A stretch of DNA of 64,000 bases from Halocafeteria seosinensis (Eukaryota), in NCBI GenBank assembly GCA_001687465.1, contig LVLI01000140.1, forward strand, positions 124,001-188,000, read 5' to 3'. Position 1 is the stretch's first letter. Each line of letters starts with the position of its first letter. Below the pieces are notes generated by a model. That model was not told the DNA's origin and did no database searches. It saw only the letters and a list, made by a program, of their open reading frames with translations. The position numbers were made by a program, and so were the translations under genes. This document shows positions 11,084-26,142 of this stretch, piece by piece.

Positions 11084-11720
11084 TATTGGTATTGCTCCTA
11101 CCGGAAGACGTGTCTGTCTGAGGGATGAATAGAACCCGGAACCGGAACAGCATCTTCACGTTGTGGCGCATCAACGTGACTGACAGTGTGGCCGTTTGGT
11201 GAGGGTTAAATCGCGGAAGCAACCCAATGCTTAGTGAGTTTAGAATATCGCAATGTACACTGTACATGTATTGGATTGACCGTGTCGAACCGCAGTTTCA
11301 CGGTTGGTTACTTACTTTTGGTACCGGGTTTTCTGTGGGTATTGGTATTGCTCCCACCGGAAGACGTGTCTGCTACAGGCTACGCTACGCCGTGTGAGGG
11401 GTGAATCCCACCCGGAACCGGTCCAACATCTTCACGGCCGGTGGGCTATCTGTCACATATGTGTGTGCGTCTTCACGTTGTGGCGCATAACCGTGATTGA
11501 CCGTCATCAGCTTGCGGAAGTTCGGCATCTCCCCTGTTCCCCAGCGGGAGCCTGGTGCTTTCCTGGCAATTCTCTTGAGGAACTTGATTGGGTCTTCCCC
11601 GAAGCCGCCCGTCGCCTCAATGGCGAACGGGATAATCTACGTGTGGTGGTGCCCCGCTTGGACGTTGCTCATCCTATCGGCATTCCTTAGCAGGTACCAC
11701 GCTTGGGACGTACTTCAGCA
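11084..11720 (-). mobile_element. Two tandem, decayed 3' ends of a restriction-like-endonuclease (CRE/R2-type) non-LTR retrotransposon
   Basis: The minus strand gives IIPFAIEATGGFGEDPIKFLKRIARK and (L)SVTLMRHNVKML / SITVMRHNVK, resembling RLE C-termini. A homologous 3' region starts at 11084 and again at 11340. Stops and frameshifts are present. Confidence 0.65.
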
Positions 11721-11952
11721 GTTTCAAACTTGCTACGACTACGGGCAAGCGCGGAATGCCTGCGGGCATTATTTGAGCCCACCATAGAAGACAAGAAACT
11801 CGTATAATGCACACTCCAACGAAGTGTCGGTCATGTATCTTTTTCCTAATCAGGAGGGTTGCTATATATTGTCCACGTCTGCTTCTATTTTCTCATCGCT
11901 CGTGTGTTTTCAACGGATCGATTGCGTTTTCTCCAGCAATGTCACCCGGGTA

Positions 11953-12001
11953 GCCAAACGCACCAACAAACAGCCGAAAATGGACTCGTATAGAGGCCCA
12001 A
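11953..12001 (+). repeat. Imperfect direct repeat, copy 2
   Basis: See 10661..10709. The shared ccaacttcaa occurs further downstream of both copies. Confidence 0.85.
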
Positions 12002-12324
12002 TACCGTAGATAACAAATTAATCTGGGGTGCCCAACTTCAACTTGCACGTTGAGCGTTAGTCTCAGGGCCCTAAAGTATACCATATACCCAAGTTGGTTG
12101 TCATGTTGAGAAATGGTAGATGTATGTCCAATACACAGGTGGAAATAGTCTGGCTTGTGCTTACTTGATTAAAGGGTTATTGAGCGAGATAAAGCCGGTG
12201 ATCTAGCCTCGAAAGACCCTTCTGAAGCTCGCTCTTTAGGAGGCGATATATGAGGTTTTCGCTACTTCCAAGGCAGTACAAACACTTTTTCACAAGTCGC
12301 ACGACGACATAGATTGATGAAAAG

Positions 12325-15300
12325 ATGGGAGATAACGTGGATATCAGTCAGGAAGAGGGCTATGACCCTGCATCGGTAGCCATGGTACGTATCTGGAAGT
12401 CTTCATTGTAATGGCGCGCATTATGCCACCAAAATGGCTTATACGATCACTTTTTTCTGACGTCCATTATGTGATACATGTACCTGCAGCCGATGCGATA
12501 CAATGAGTTGGACCGAAGTCATTTAGCGTTACAGAGCGTGTTTGGTTTAGATTTTAGCCGTTTAAACAATCTGCACGTGGTGGAGAAGCATAAAATACTG
12601 TTTGTCACCGGTAATACTGCCATAATCTTGGATTTAGACACGCTAAACTGCGAGTACATAACAGGACATGACGGCGGTGGGATCGGATGTGCGGCAGTTC
12701 ATAGAGATGGTGAGGATGACAGCGGAACCTCGACACAAGAAGAAAATGAAGAGCAGAAAAAGCAAGAGAACAAGAATACCTGGATAGCGATCGGGGAAAA
12801 GGGACGGAGTCCAAATATTTATATCTATCACTACCCTACGCTGAAACTTGTTAGAGTTCTCCGAAGGGGTACCGAACAAGCATTCTCAGATGTGAACTTT
12901 AAGTACGTCTTCGTCTGGTGTTCATGGCTTTGATGGAATCAGAAATCACTTTCTCCCTTTCTATGCAGTCGCGATGGCTCGAGATTACTCTCAGTAGGTG
13001 CGGAACCGGATTTTTTATTGACAGTTTGGGATTGGAAAAACGAAAAGATGCTGCTCCGTTCCAAGGCATTCTCTCAGGATGTATTCAACGCCAGGTTCAG
13101 TCCATTTGATGACGAGAAGTTGACAACCAGTGGTACCGGTCACATCCGTTTCTGGCAGATGGCAAACACGTTTACTGGCCTAAAATTGAAAGGCTATATT
13201 GGTAAATTTGGCTTGGTCGATCTTTCAGATGTGGCAGACTTTGCAGAACTCCCTGATGGAAAGATTTTGTCCAGTAGCGAGAGTGGAAGGCTTCTCTTGT
13301 GGGAGGGCAACTTTATCAAATGCGAAATCAGCAGGTTGAATGAAAATGATGAAGAAGCACTATGCCACGATGGCACAATTACTTGTGTGCGATATGATGC
13401 TTTCAACGAGCTGTTCGTGACTGCTGGGAGTGACGGATTCATGCGCTGGTGGAAATTTGCGGATATTGACACCGCGGACTCTACCGAAGAGCAGCCACGG
13501 GCCTTGCTCAGAGCGCATTCGGAAAAATTGTGTGACCCTTCGTCTGATGAAAATGGGGAGGATATTGGCGTTACCATAATCCGTAACATTTGCCAACTGG
13601 ATGCTTCGTGCTGGTTTGTGGAAGATGAACGCGGTGTGTTGTGGAAACTAAACACAGAAACGGAAAAAATGGAATGCGTCCTATGTGCTCATTCTGGTCC
13701 CATTTCCGCATCGGATGCGTGCACGGAATTTCCTCTAGTTGCAACCGCTGGATTTGACGGCACTGTTCGGGCATGGGATATCACCAAGTACAATCTGATA
13801 GATGCCCAATTTTGTTCAGCAAAGTTCTCAAGTGAAGCAACGTCGTTGACATGGTTACCTACCGACGTGTGTGCTGAAGGAAATGAGGTGCTCGCGGGGT
13901 TCAAAGATGGAGTTGTGAGGTCTCTTGCGCTGTGGCCGAATAAACAGACGTTAAGTCAAATAACTCGAGCATCCTTAGTCCGTTCAGACAAACTTGAGGT
14001 TGCCGAAAGAGGCTGGGTCCGAAGACAAGTCTTTAAACCCCATAACGCGGCCGTGAATTGCATTGCTTTCCGACCGTCCTCGGACATATTTGCAACTGGT
14101 GGTGAGGACGGAAATGTTTTCTTCATAAACGTTTTCAAGAAAGAGGAAAGTATCGAGTACCAACCATTAGGTTTCGTTGCGATGGGAGTGCCAGTGAGAA
14201 AAATCGCATGGGCTGGCGATGGCCAGTACTTACTCGCGACTGTGGACGACGAGTGGTTTGCCGCTCTGAGTGTACCTGAGACCGCGAAAGAGTTTCCAAG
14301 CATCGAGCATACCTTTGAAATAGGTCTGCCCTGGACCCGCTTTACGCTAAACCTACCAGATCGCCCATCTCCCCAAGGAGACAGAAGTAGCTCGGCCTCT
14401 CCTGCAAACGAGGATGGAGAGGGTGCTGAATCAGGGGATGACGATGAGGAAAAGATAGACCCAGAAACCCTGAAGCGTCGTCCAGGCACAGTGAAATCAA
14501 TATTTGAAAGCCCATGGAGTATAGAGTGTACTGATGAAGCTGCTGTGTCGTCCGATGCCCGTCAAGAGTTATCCAAGATTTCAAGAAGATCTATTCCTAC
14601 CATTCGAGTTTGTGCTTCTGTCGAGAACGATTTGCGTGAGTTTCTCTTGGAAGTATGTATCTCTCAGGCAGATATATCGTCGGTCAAGGAGAAGTCGCTG
14701 AATCTAGCCGCAGTATATGCAAATTCCGAAGAGTCTCTTTCGACTTTCAGCTACGATTCCTCGCAAAAGGCCCTGGTCGTTGGTGCGAATGACGGGAGCG
14801 TCACTTTGCGTAGTCGGGATCATCCGTTTTATTACGCCCGTGCAGATCCTCATGATGCGTTCAGCGGCAACGTTACCTCTGTAATGCTTAGCACGCAAGG
14901 CCGTTTCCTCGTATCTAGCGGGCAAGATGGTTGCATTAACATAATGCGATGCCAGGTCGCTGAAATCGCACGGAAAGCACAGGAATCATATGAAGCAATT
15001 GAAAAAGAGAGGAAGGAGAGGGCCATCATTGTAAAACCAGACATTCCGAATCATCCTCAATTACCACCTGTAGTTCCCGTATCCTCCGGAGGGAATGCAG
15101 CCATAGCTGGACCGAAGGACGAGGAGACGTCCAAGCCGGTTTCCCCGGTGAAGGATCAAACGCCCCCGGGAATGGGTCCCGGAAAGCTCATGCCTGTAGG
15201 AGCTTTAGGTGAAGATAATTTTCCCGGTCCTGATGGGAACCCCTTAGATAAGTTGGCTGAGCGCGCTCCTTCTCCTCAAGGTCACGAGCCCAAAGATATT

Positions 15301-18300
15301 GTTTCCCAAGATGCGTATTCTCTTCAGGATGCAAAGCTTAAAGCTGAGGATGATCAAAAGAAGGAATTAGCGGAAGAAGAAAAAGATAAAGTTCGTGGCA
15401 AAGTCAAGGAATTGCGGAAAGAGTTCGCACATCTGCGTACTCAAATGGGTATGCCGATCCCGTACGATCTGTTTCCGGAACTTGAAGCGCTTCAACGTGA
15501 AGCGAGCGAAGAGGAGCAGGAAAGAGCTAAAGATTTCTTACGTCAGTTGTATCCGTCCCGGCCGACACCCTTTCTTTCGGAAGAGGAGCTTGTAATCGAT
15601 TCCGAACTTAATGAAATAGTGCAAAATCGATGCAACGAGAAGATAGAGGAAGCGAAGAAAGAAGTAGCTTTTGATGTTGCGAAGTCGCAGAAGGGTGTGG
15701 AGAAATTGGAAAAAGCCTTCATAGAGGATGTAAAGGTGGAGAACTTCGTTGTAAAAGGCATCCGCAATTCTAGACTGTCTGTAAAATCCTTTCGAGATAG
15801 CTATTTGTCGCCGTCTCTAAGGCAGTCTTTGGAAGAAATCAAACGGCTGTTGAGGGAGAGTGGACTCTCTGACGAAGCTGAAGATGAGCCCCGTCAATCC
15901 GCCGAACCTGCCGAAGAAAAACGTTCTTCTGAGAAGAAACACGAAGATTTTCACAAGGATGATCCCTTGACACCGCTTATGGGAGAAGCTGCAAGCATAC
16001 AAGGTAATAGTTTCAACGCACGGAAGGAACGGCGACTAGCGAGAAAGAAGGCCTTAGAAATTATTGAGGGACAACGCCCCGGTCCAGACGACGTAGACCC
16101 CCGAGATGTTGCAGCCATAAAGTCGTCTGCTGAAAATACGGGAGCATATAGCTTGAAAACGGATCCGGATTTCCACGTTCCGGAGCACAAGCGAGTGGAT
16201 GCAGCGAAGAAACGAAGGCAGATGGTTCTATTAGAGAAGTGTATGCACACCCTGAAAGATGGATTTAATAACAAGTTGCTCCAGCTACGTTCCATCAAGG
16301 AAGGTTGCAAGCACACCATAGCAGGTGCATGTCAGCGAATTTTCGACTTGAATCGCAAACTTGGTGACAATTGTGTTACCCTGCGATTGAAGGACAGGAC
16401 TCAATTCGACGTGAATGACATCGCAAATACGTTAGGACTTTCTCTAACGGAAAACGGAGTGCAAGTCTCATCTGAGGCTGATCCCGAGGAATGGCCCGAA
16501 TCTAGGATTAAGGGCAAGTTGAGTCAAGGAGACCGACTTCCGGAAAGATTCCAGAGGACCGCTTATGGAATTTTGACTCCTACGGATATTTACCGGAAAT
16601 ACGGCTATGGTGACAGGTTTCGACATAAAGCCAACGTTGCTCTCTTCAACAATTTATACAGACATGCCCCTTCTGGTATGTATCCTGTCGCAACAACCTC
16701 ACCATCTACTGGTGGTCATGCACTGTCTGCCCTTGCTTCATGGGGTGAATCATATAGGTTTGTTCCGGGGATTTCTGCTGCCATCGCCGCTGAAAACGCC
16801 AAAGGTGGCTTGAGCAGTACAGCGAAAAATCTAGAGGAGCAGGCTATAGATGATGCTGTTACGAAAGCGGCGTCACCGGCTCAGCGTCGCCAATGGGAGA
16901 GTGATAGAAAGCAGTTGCTGTCTCGAATTGCCAAAGCCGTAGAGGGGTTTGATGAAGCTCTAAGGTACATGCGAGGCGAACGAGTAAAGCTGGCATGCGA
17001 CTTGAAGGCGGGCGAGTTACGCTTTCTGGCGCTGTTCCGTGAATTACAACTGCTGAGAGATATGGCGAAACAGGATACATCCCTAACAGAGAAGCTCAAC
17101 AAGTCTTTGGCAAATAAGAGTGAAATCCAACAGACAATTGCAGAATACCGTAACTCCTTAGAGAACAAAAAGAACGAGCTTCAAGAGTGGACAGACAAAG
17201 AAGAGAAACTCGCGGAGCAGTTTCGCGAACTTGTTCCAGAAACCCATGAAGCATCGGCGGAGCTTTTCCAAATATTCAAGCGTAAGATAAAGAGAAGAAA
17301 GCAAGACGAAGGCGAAGGCGATGAAAGTGAATCGGATTCGGAAATAGACTGGGATGAAAGCGACAGCGACGACGATAACGATCTGCTGGAAGATCGCTGT
17401 CCAGAGAATTGCTCAGAGACGCTTTTTGAATCAGTACTAGATCTTCGCGAAACACGCCTGGATCAGGAAGAGAAGGTGCAAGAGTTGCAGAAAGAAATAG
17501 ATGAACTTAAGAAGAACTACGAACGACAGGTTCAAAGGGAGAAAACCGTTGACAAGGAACTGTCCAAGATTCGGGAACAGATCCAGGAATTCCAAAGCGA
17601 AAAGCAAGGGAGGCTAAACGAAGTGGAAGTTGCCACCACCCTAAAGTTTTCCCAAATTTTTGCTGGAGCGAGAAACGTTAAATTTAGTGAGGACCCCGTT
17701 GACGAAGAAATCCGGAAACAATTTACCCCCGGAGAGAACCAGGCGGCAGGGGGAGAAAATCAGCAGGATGTCACGAAGACGAAGCAGCAGAAAAAACAAT
17801 CTAAGGAAGCTGAAAAGCTCAAATTGAAAGAGAGTGAGAATCCAGATGATATTGTTCAACGATACAATGAACGTGTATGCATTGGGGATGGTAACGAAAA
17901 GAACGGCCAATTGCTCCCGAATCTGGACCAATTCGTGCTAATGAGTAAAGACAGCCTGTCAGCGTTGAGGAGCAGAATCGACCAACTTAAGCATGAAATT
18001 ACGGAACTCCGCAGTGGTTTCAAGACATTCCACAAGCAGAAACGAGCACTACAGAAGGAGCGAAAGCAAGTAGAACAGCAAATTAGTGATTATCAACAAC
18101 AAAGCGAAGAGCTCCAGAGGCTCAAATTTGGGCAAACTGTAGATTTAGAGCATCTGGATAAGGTGTCCCAGACGAGAAATGTCGAGAAAGCCGAAGCAGA
18201 GTTGACGAAACAAGAAGATAAGCAAAGGGCAGAAGTAAATTCCTACACGGAGCAAATTAACAGTGAACAACAGAAAGTTATTCAAACTACAAAGGATAAC

Positions 18301-18747
18301 ACTGTTCTGCTTCAGCATATAGCAGAGTTAACAAGCCGACAAGCGAAACTGGAAGCGCAGTTAAATTCTGCGATGGAGTCTAAGCCAACTAGGGGAAGAG
18401 AGACCACTTCAGAGGCAGATTATCGGACGAAAGATGCCTCAATTCAGCATTCAGTAAATGCTTTGGTCAGTGAAGAGAAGGAGCCCCGTGTTGGATCCGA
18501 AAGGGAACAGGCTCAGCTACAAGAATTGATCGAGTACCAAGCACAGCAAATCGACCTCCTCCAGCAGCAAATCAACGCCCTACGCTACAAAGGCGGACAC
18601 ATATACACAACGGCAACACCACAAACTCAAAGTAGCGGAGAATTCTCTCCGGGGCAATCGTCGAAGCGAGCGCCTCCCCCTAGCTCCGACCATGTTCAGG
18701 CGAACGCGTTAGAATTCGATGATACACCTGAGTCATCTCACAAGTAA
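12325..18747 (+). CDS. CFAP44: Cilia- and flagella-associated protein 44 (WDR52)
   Basis: Three exons (introns 12385-12489 and 12903-12968). WD40 N-half with LRRGTEQAFS, LRSKAFSQDVF, GTGHIRFWQMANTFTGLKLKG and ELPDGKILS; coiled-coil C-half with LRETRLDQEE, FQSEKQGRLNEV, LKFGQTVDLE and LRYKGGHI. Confidence 0.93.
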
Positions 18748-19103
18748 CTGTTGTGGGATCCACCAGATTAAAATATATACAAGTGATACAATATTCCAGT
18801 AAATTTTGCTAGAAAGCTTCTGCCGAACTAAGACGTTTTAGTCTGTCTCTGCTTTGACCAAAAGTACCTTTTTTTGCGTTTCAGTTCTGGGTTTCTTCCG
18901 ATAGTTGGTTAACATTTTTTTTACGAAGGGGACAAACTTTTCGTCTATTTTTGGGAGAGCGAAAAATTTAGGTAGTGCCCGTAGAGGATGGTCTTGTATG
19001 CGCTATTCTCTCGACAGATTTCTTTCGTCACTTGTGTATATTGTGCATGATTCATTGCTCTATTCGTAGTAGGTGGCATTCGGGGGGATAAAGGACAGGA
19101 AAA

Positions 19104-21645
<2,542 letters not shown>

Positions 21646-21848
21646 CACACAATTGTGCACGTTCAGTAACTCAATATACGTTGACTTATTCACGTATGTT
21701 AGCGCATGTTAGCTTCCATTTAACTACTTGATTACACATGTTCTCTTAAAGACAGTGTAATAATGTTTCCTTTCGGTAAAGCAATTCCTTGATCATAAAC
21801 CAACAAGGTTGAGGACTATAGATATACCTTCTTGGCTCTTCCATAGTG

Positions 21849-21920
21849 ACTCCTGTAGCACAGTGGTTAGTGCGTGACGTTGTGGCCGTCAAGACCTGGT
21901 TTCGACTACCAGCAGGAGTA
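21849..21920 (+). tRNA. tRNA-His (GTG)
   Basis: Complete cloverleaf: acceptor ACTCCTG/CAGGAGT, D stem GCAC/GTGC, anticodon stem TGACG/CGTCA with loop TTGTGGC, T stem CTGGT/ACCAG with loop TTCGACT, discriminator A. Confidence 0.9.
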
Positions 21921-21921
21921 C

Positions 21922-21930
21922 TTTTTTTTT
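21922..21930 (+). terminator. RNA polymerase III oligo-T terminator
   Basis: T9 run immediately after the tRNA. Confidence 0.8.
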
Positions 21931-22161
21931 GTTGCACTGCTGTTCAAGGTTCTTCACACGCATTGGATCGACCTTAATTGTATATGCAAGGGACACATCT
22001 GGAGTTATTATCTGACGCTAAAACAGGACATTCAACTGTCTTTTGTGGGGGATATAAAGCGCATGACGCCAACTTCAACCTCCTGAGGTGTTGAAAGCAT
22101 ATATGACGCACAAGAGGTGGTTTTGACTACAATGTCCTCGATTCGAAGGTAGTTTTATATC

Positions 22162-23472
22162 ATGCTCGGTCGCATCGGGGACTTTTGCTCCTCGGGCTGT
22201 AAATGGAGAGATTTTCGAGTGGTTCTCCTGGGCCAAGTGATCTCCCTCCATGTAACTACGACCGGAGTCTTTTCACAGCTATTATCCCGCGATGGGGTGA
22301 ATATTCCAACCACTCAGAGCTCTTTAATGTATCTACTGCTTACTCTAAATCTCGTATACAGTTTTTGGGTGAAATCATCCGCTGATCAACAAGGAAAATG
22401 CAACCTGCAGGTAAGACAGCCGGCACGATTCCAGTAGAGGAGTCAGGAAGTTTGACATTTGCTTGTAGAACGCAGATATCCTGGTGGAAATATGCTCTCC
22501 TTGCGTTATGCGATGTGGAAGCGAACTACTTTGTGGTCAAAGCCTATCAGTATTCGACGATTTCATCAATCATGTTGATTGACTGTTTCACAATTCCTTC
22601 AGTGATGGTTTTATCCAGAGTATTTCTCAAAGTGACCGTAAGTGGAATACAGGAAGCGTAGACTCCCTCTTATTCGCCACTCTGTGCTGTTCTATGGCCT
22701 GCAGTACCGATGGCAACACTTTGTGGCGGTAGCTCTTTGTGTTCTTGGACTGACGGCACTGGTGTTTTCGGACTCAATAGAAGACGAAGCTCAGGGATCA
22801 CGCCGAGTACTAGGTGATATGCTCGCTGTCGTTGGATCGATGTTTTATGCAATCTCGAACGTAGGACAAGAAGCTATAGTTAAGACGTTCAAGCGCGCAG
22901 AGTACCTGGGAATGCTCGGTGCCTTCGGCACCATTTTTAACACAATACAGCTCGGGATATTGGAGTCACATGAGTTGGGAACGATGAAATGGACGGTTCC
23001 CATAGTGCTTTATGCTATGGGGTTTGCATTGACTCTATTGTCCATGTATACTCTGACGAGTTACTTTCTTGGTCAGTCCGACTCGGCCCTCTTTAATTTA
23101 TCACTGTTGACCTCAGACTTGTATGCTGTATTGGTTGGTCTGGTCCTCTTTGAGGTCAAACTGAATTACTTGTACTTTATAGCTTTCGTTGTCATCGTTG
23201 CCGGTATAGTTCTATACAATCAGGCCCCTCTTGAGGATGTTGAAGAGCACAGAGATCTTGCGGAAGCCTGTAGGAAAACGTGGCGAACCCTATTCTGTCT
23301 TAACGATGATGCTGAGAGGAAATCGCTGATCGATGCAGAAAGTTCCGAATTTGAAAAAGACGAGAATAACCAGTATTTTGGAAGGGATGACATGGAGGTA
23401 TTGCCATCGAAGTATGTCGGTCTGGCAGCCACAGAATGTAAGAGTACAGCAAATGGCCATCCTCCATGCTGA
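22162..23472 (+). CDS. SLC35F: Solute carrier family 35 member F1/F2-like transporter (start uncertain, 22132 or 22162)
   Basis: LLGQVISL, IPTTQS, WWKYALLALCDVEANYFVVKAYQY, YAISNVGQE and FNLSLLTSD. Two canonical introns join three ORFs. Confidence 0.9.
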
Positions 23473-23646
23473 ACAAAATGGCACAGTAATTCCGTAAAGA
23501 TGCCGGCGGGAAGCTCTTATTACCGCAAGGCCGAATGGTGTAAGTCATTGGGAGTATGAGTGAACCATCGTGTCGAGGTCTTATTGGTACAACTGGCTAA
23601 TCTCGCGCAACCTTTGGTGCTGCTGATACGCTGGCATAACAATTAT

Positions 23647-24837
23647 TTACTGTATCAAGCTGAACAAGACGCCAAGGACGCCGAGAAGGACAACAGCGCA
23701 GATGATATAGACACAGAACTGGGTGCTCTTAGAGTTAGCTATCTTAAGCGCTTCGTTCATCCTGTCATTAACCTGCATGAGGCGCAAAGCAAGGATTCAA
23801 AATTTGAAGATCGCGGACTTCATCGAAACAGTGCCACTGAGGAACGTACCTTATCCATCTTATCCTGAGCAGAGTCCACCTTTTGCTCCGCTTCATCGAG
23901 CATGACGGCTTGCTTATCGAGTTCCTGTAGAGACAATCGCAGTGCATAGGAACATATGACTCACTGCAACCAGAGCAATACACTCCATTGACATACGTCG
24001 TTAATGTCTAACGTTGTTTCCTTCAACTGATCCAGTGATTCAGAAATTTGATCCAACAAATCATCCTGTTCCTGTTGTTCTCTCTGAATGCCTTGCAGCT
24101 TCATTTCTTGCTCCTGGCTCATCTCTTCTTGGACGACCCTTCTTTGTGGAAGGTTGCCTGAACGAAGTCGAAAATATACAAGAGGTGAAACGTTAGACTA
24201 CTTGTATTCTTTCTTACTGGCACCACAGGGCTTACCTGACATAAGATCTTGCAAATTACTACCGGCAGAGCCTGCGGCACCACCACCACTTCCATCTCCT
24301 CCTCCTCCAGGAGCTTCAACATCTTGTCTTCGCCCCAAGATCTTCTCATTCAATGTGCTCAGCTCTCGTGCCAATTCTTGAATATCTTTTTTCCGTCTTG
24401 AGAGCTCTGCTGTCCCTAATTTATTCTGTATCCAGTACCGTTGATGAAATGAGGTGTAACATGGAACCCATGTTTTCTTTCAGTTGACGATTGCTGCTTA
24501 CCTTGCGCTTCTTAACATCTTCCTGGAACTGTTTCGAGAGAGCATCAAACTCTTCTGTTAGCTTCTTACGCTCTTTTTCGATCCTATACTTCATACGAAT
24601 GTAATCTCGGCTTTCTTTGCTCAAGCCGCTGTTATCTCGGGCATCACAAAGCTGCTCGATATTGTGCATGTGCATCAATAAAAGCGTCCGTTTGCCATCG
24701 AATGTCTTCTCATCAGGCATATTCTTTGGATCTTGGGTGTCTTCGCCCCCCAATACAGCATTGAGGGCCTTTAATCGACGTATTAAATTCGCCAGTTCAG
24801 GACTGGCCTGCTCCACCTCATACAACGTATCTGCCAT
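23647..24837 (-). CDS. Qc-type SNARE, SYP7-like syntaxin
   Basis: Five exons spliced by eye give a SNARE motif (QDDLLDQISESLDQLK...ELDKQAVMLDEAEQKVD...VNDRM) and a C-terminal anchor FCVYIICAVVLLGVLGVLFSLIQ. Confidence 0.8.
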
Positions 24838-25459
24838 TTCTGCTTATTCTACAACAGCCCCGACAACGCCCATTCGTGTATACAGTGTCTCTCGACGAAT
24901 ACAACAATGCACTAATGACACTAGACCGTAGCATTGTATCTGTCTGTGTATCGAGCTTCAAGGCAAGTTGAAGTCTGAGGATATCTGAGAGCTGAGGCTG
25001 AGACCGTCTCAGTGAGACGCGGAGACTGGAATCAGGACCAAGAAGAACAGATGACATTGTAGGCGTCCATATACGCCTGCGAGCATTCACCAACAAGGTA
25101 GGGGATAAAGTTAGGTTCAACTTGTGGGAGATGAGGCTTTCAAAGTCTGATTTTCCCAACTCCAAGAATGGTCGATGTCGAAGTGTGCTACACAGCAGCT
25201 ACAACCCCAAGTGGCTATATTATTGCCCCGAAAGATACACGATAACTAAATTTTTCTCGGTGAATTAAAGCAGTTATAGAATTCTAATTTTCCCGGTGAA
25301 ATGAATGAAAACAATCCGAGAATTTGTCGGTGGGACAAAAGAGTTTTCTGTGAGTGAAGTTTCGACCGCACCCTAAAATCTGAATTTTCGAAGCATTGTT
25401 GGAATACAGACATAGCAGTATTCCCCTCCCCAAATACACCCGCATCAAACCTTAAACAA

Positions 25460-25850
25460 ACAGTACGCACGTAAGTTGTGCGCAGCCAAAGTGGAATGCA
25501 TCTGGCTTTTGTCCTCGACGATGAACTCGCCCACCGTCGACATGTATTTGCAGGGATGTCCTTCTGGTCTTGAATTAATGCGTCATACGAAACCACAACT
25601 ACATGGATAAATGCACACCGCGTACCGATACGCAAGAATAGTTTCACCGCCTGTTCATTGCCCATGCTCAGTTGTTCGTGTTGCGAGAAGATACGATTAA
25701 GTCTCTACCATTAACACTGTTTCAAGGGCGACGTGGTGTTTCAGGCAGATTCCAAAGTTCCCATCAATGATCCGCCTTATAACGCTGAATCAGGATCATG
25801 CTGGACTCTTCCTCAAGATTTTCCACTACCACTTGGGTATCCACCAAAAA
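25460..25850 (-). pseudogene. Degenerate RecQ-like (SF2) helicase fragment
   Basis: Ordered motif remnants: PSGSGKS*, SPL/VLMVE, VVVVSYDAL and FIVED/KARCIPLW at RecQ-like spacing, with several stops and frameshifts. Confidence 0.4.
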
Positions 25851-26142
25851 GCAACTCACTGCCAACCGTGAACCTCAAAAATGATAGTTTCAGTCATACG
25901 CTTCCTTAACAACGCAGGGTAACACCACGAGGGAGTGCTGAAGAGGAACACGATAGCTACACTCTCATCGCAGTGAGTGATATCGACGCTATGAATCCAC
26001 CAGTACTCATATCGGGGGTCACATCTACTCATATCGGGGATTACGTCACACCGAACACCAAGAGAAACGCTCGGCCTCTCCGAATTAACGACCTATCTTT
26101 CGATCTGAGTTTCAAACATGACTCTTTTTCAGCTCGTATGGA

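Noticed and set aside
11084..11520. Duplicated ncRNA (SRP, snoRNA or telomerase RNA)
   Set aside because: Signature motifs are absent, and the minus-strand translation fits retroelement C-termini better.
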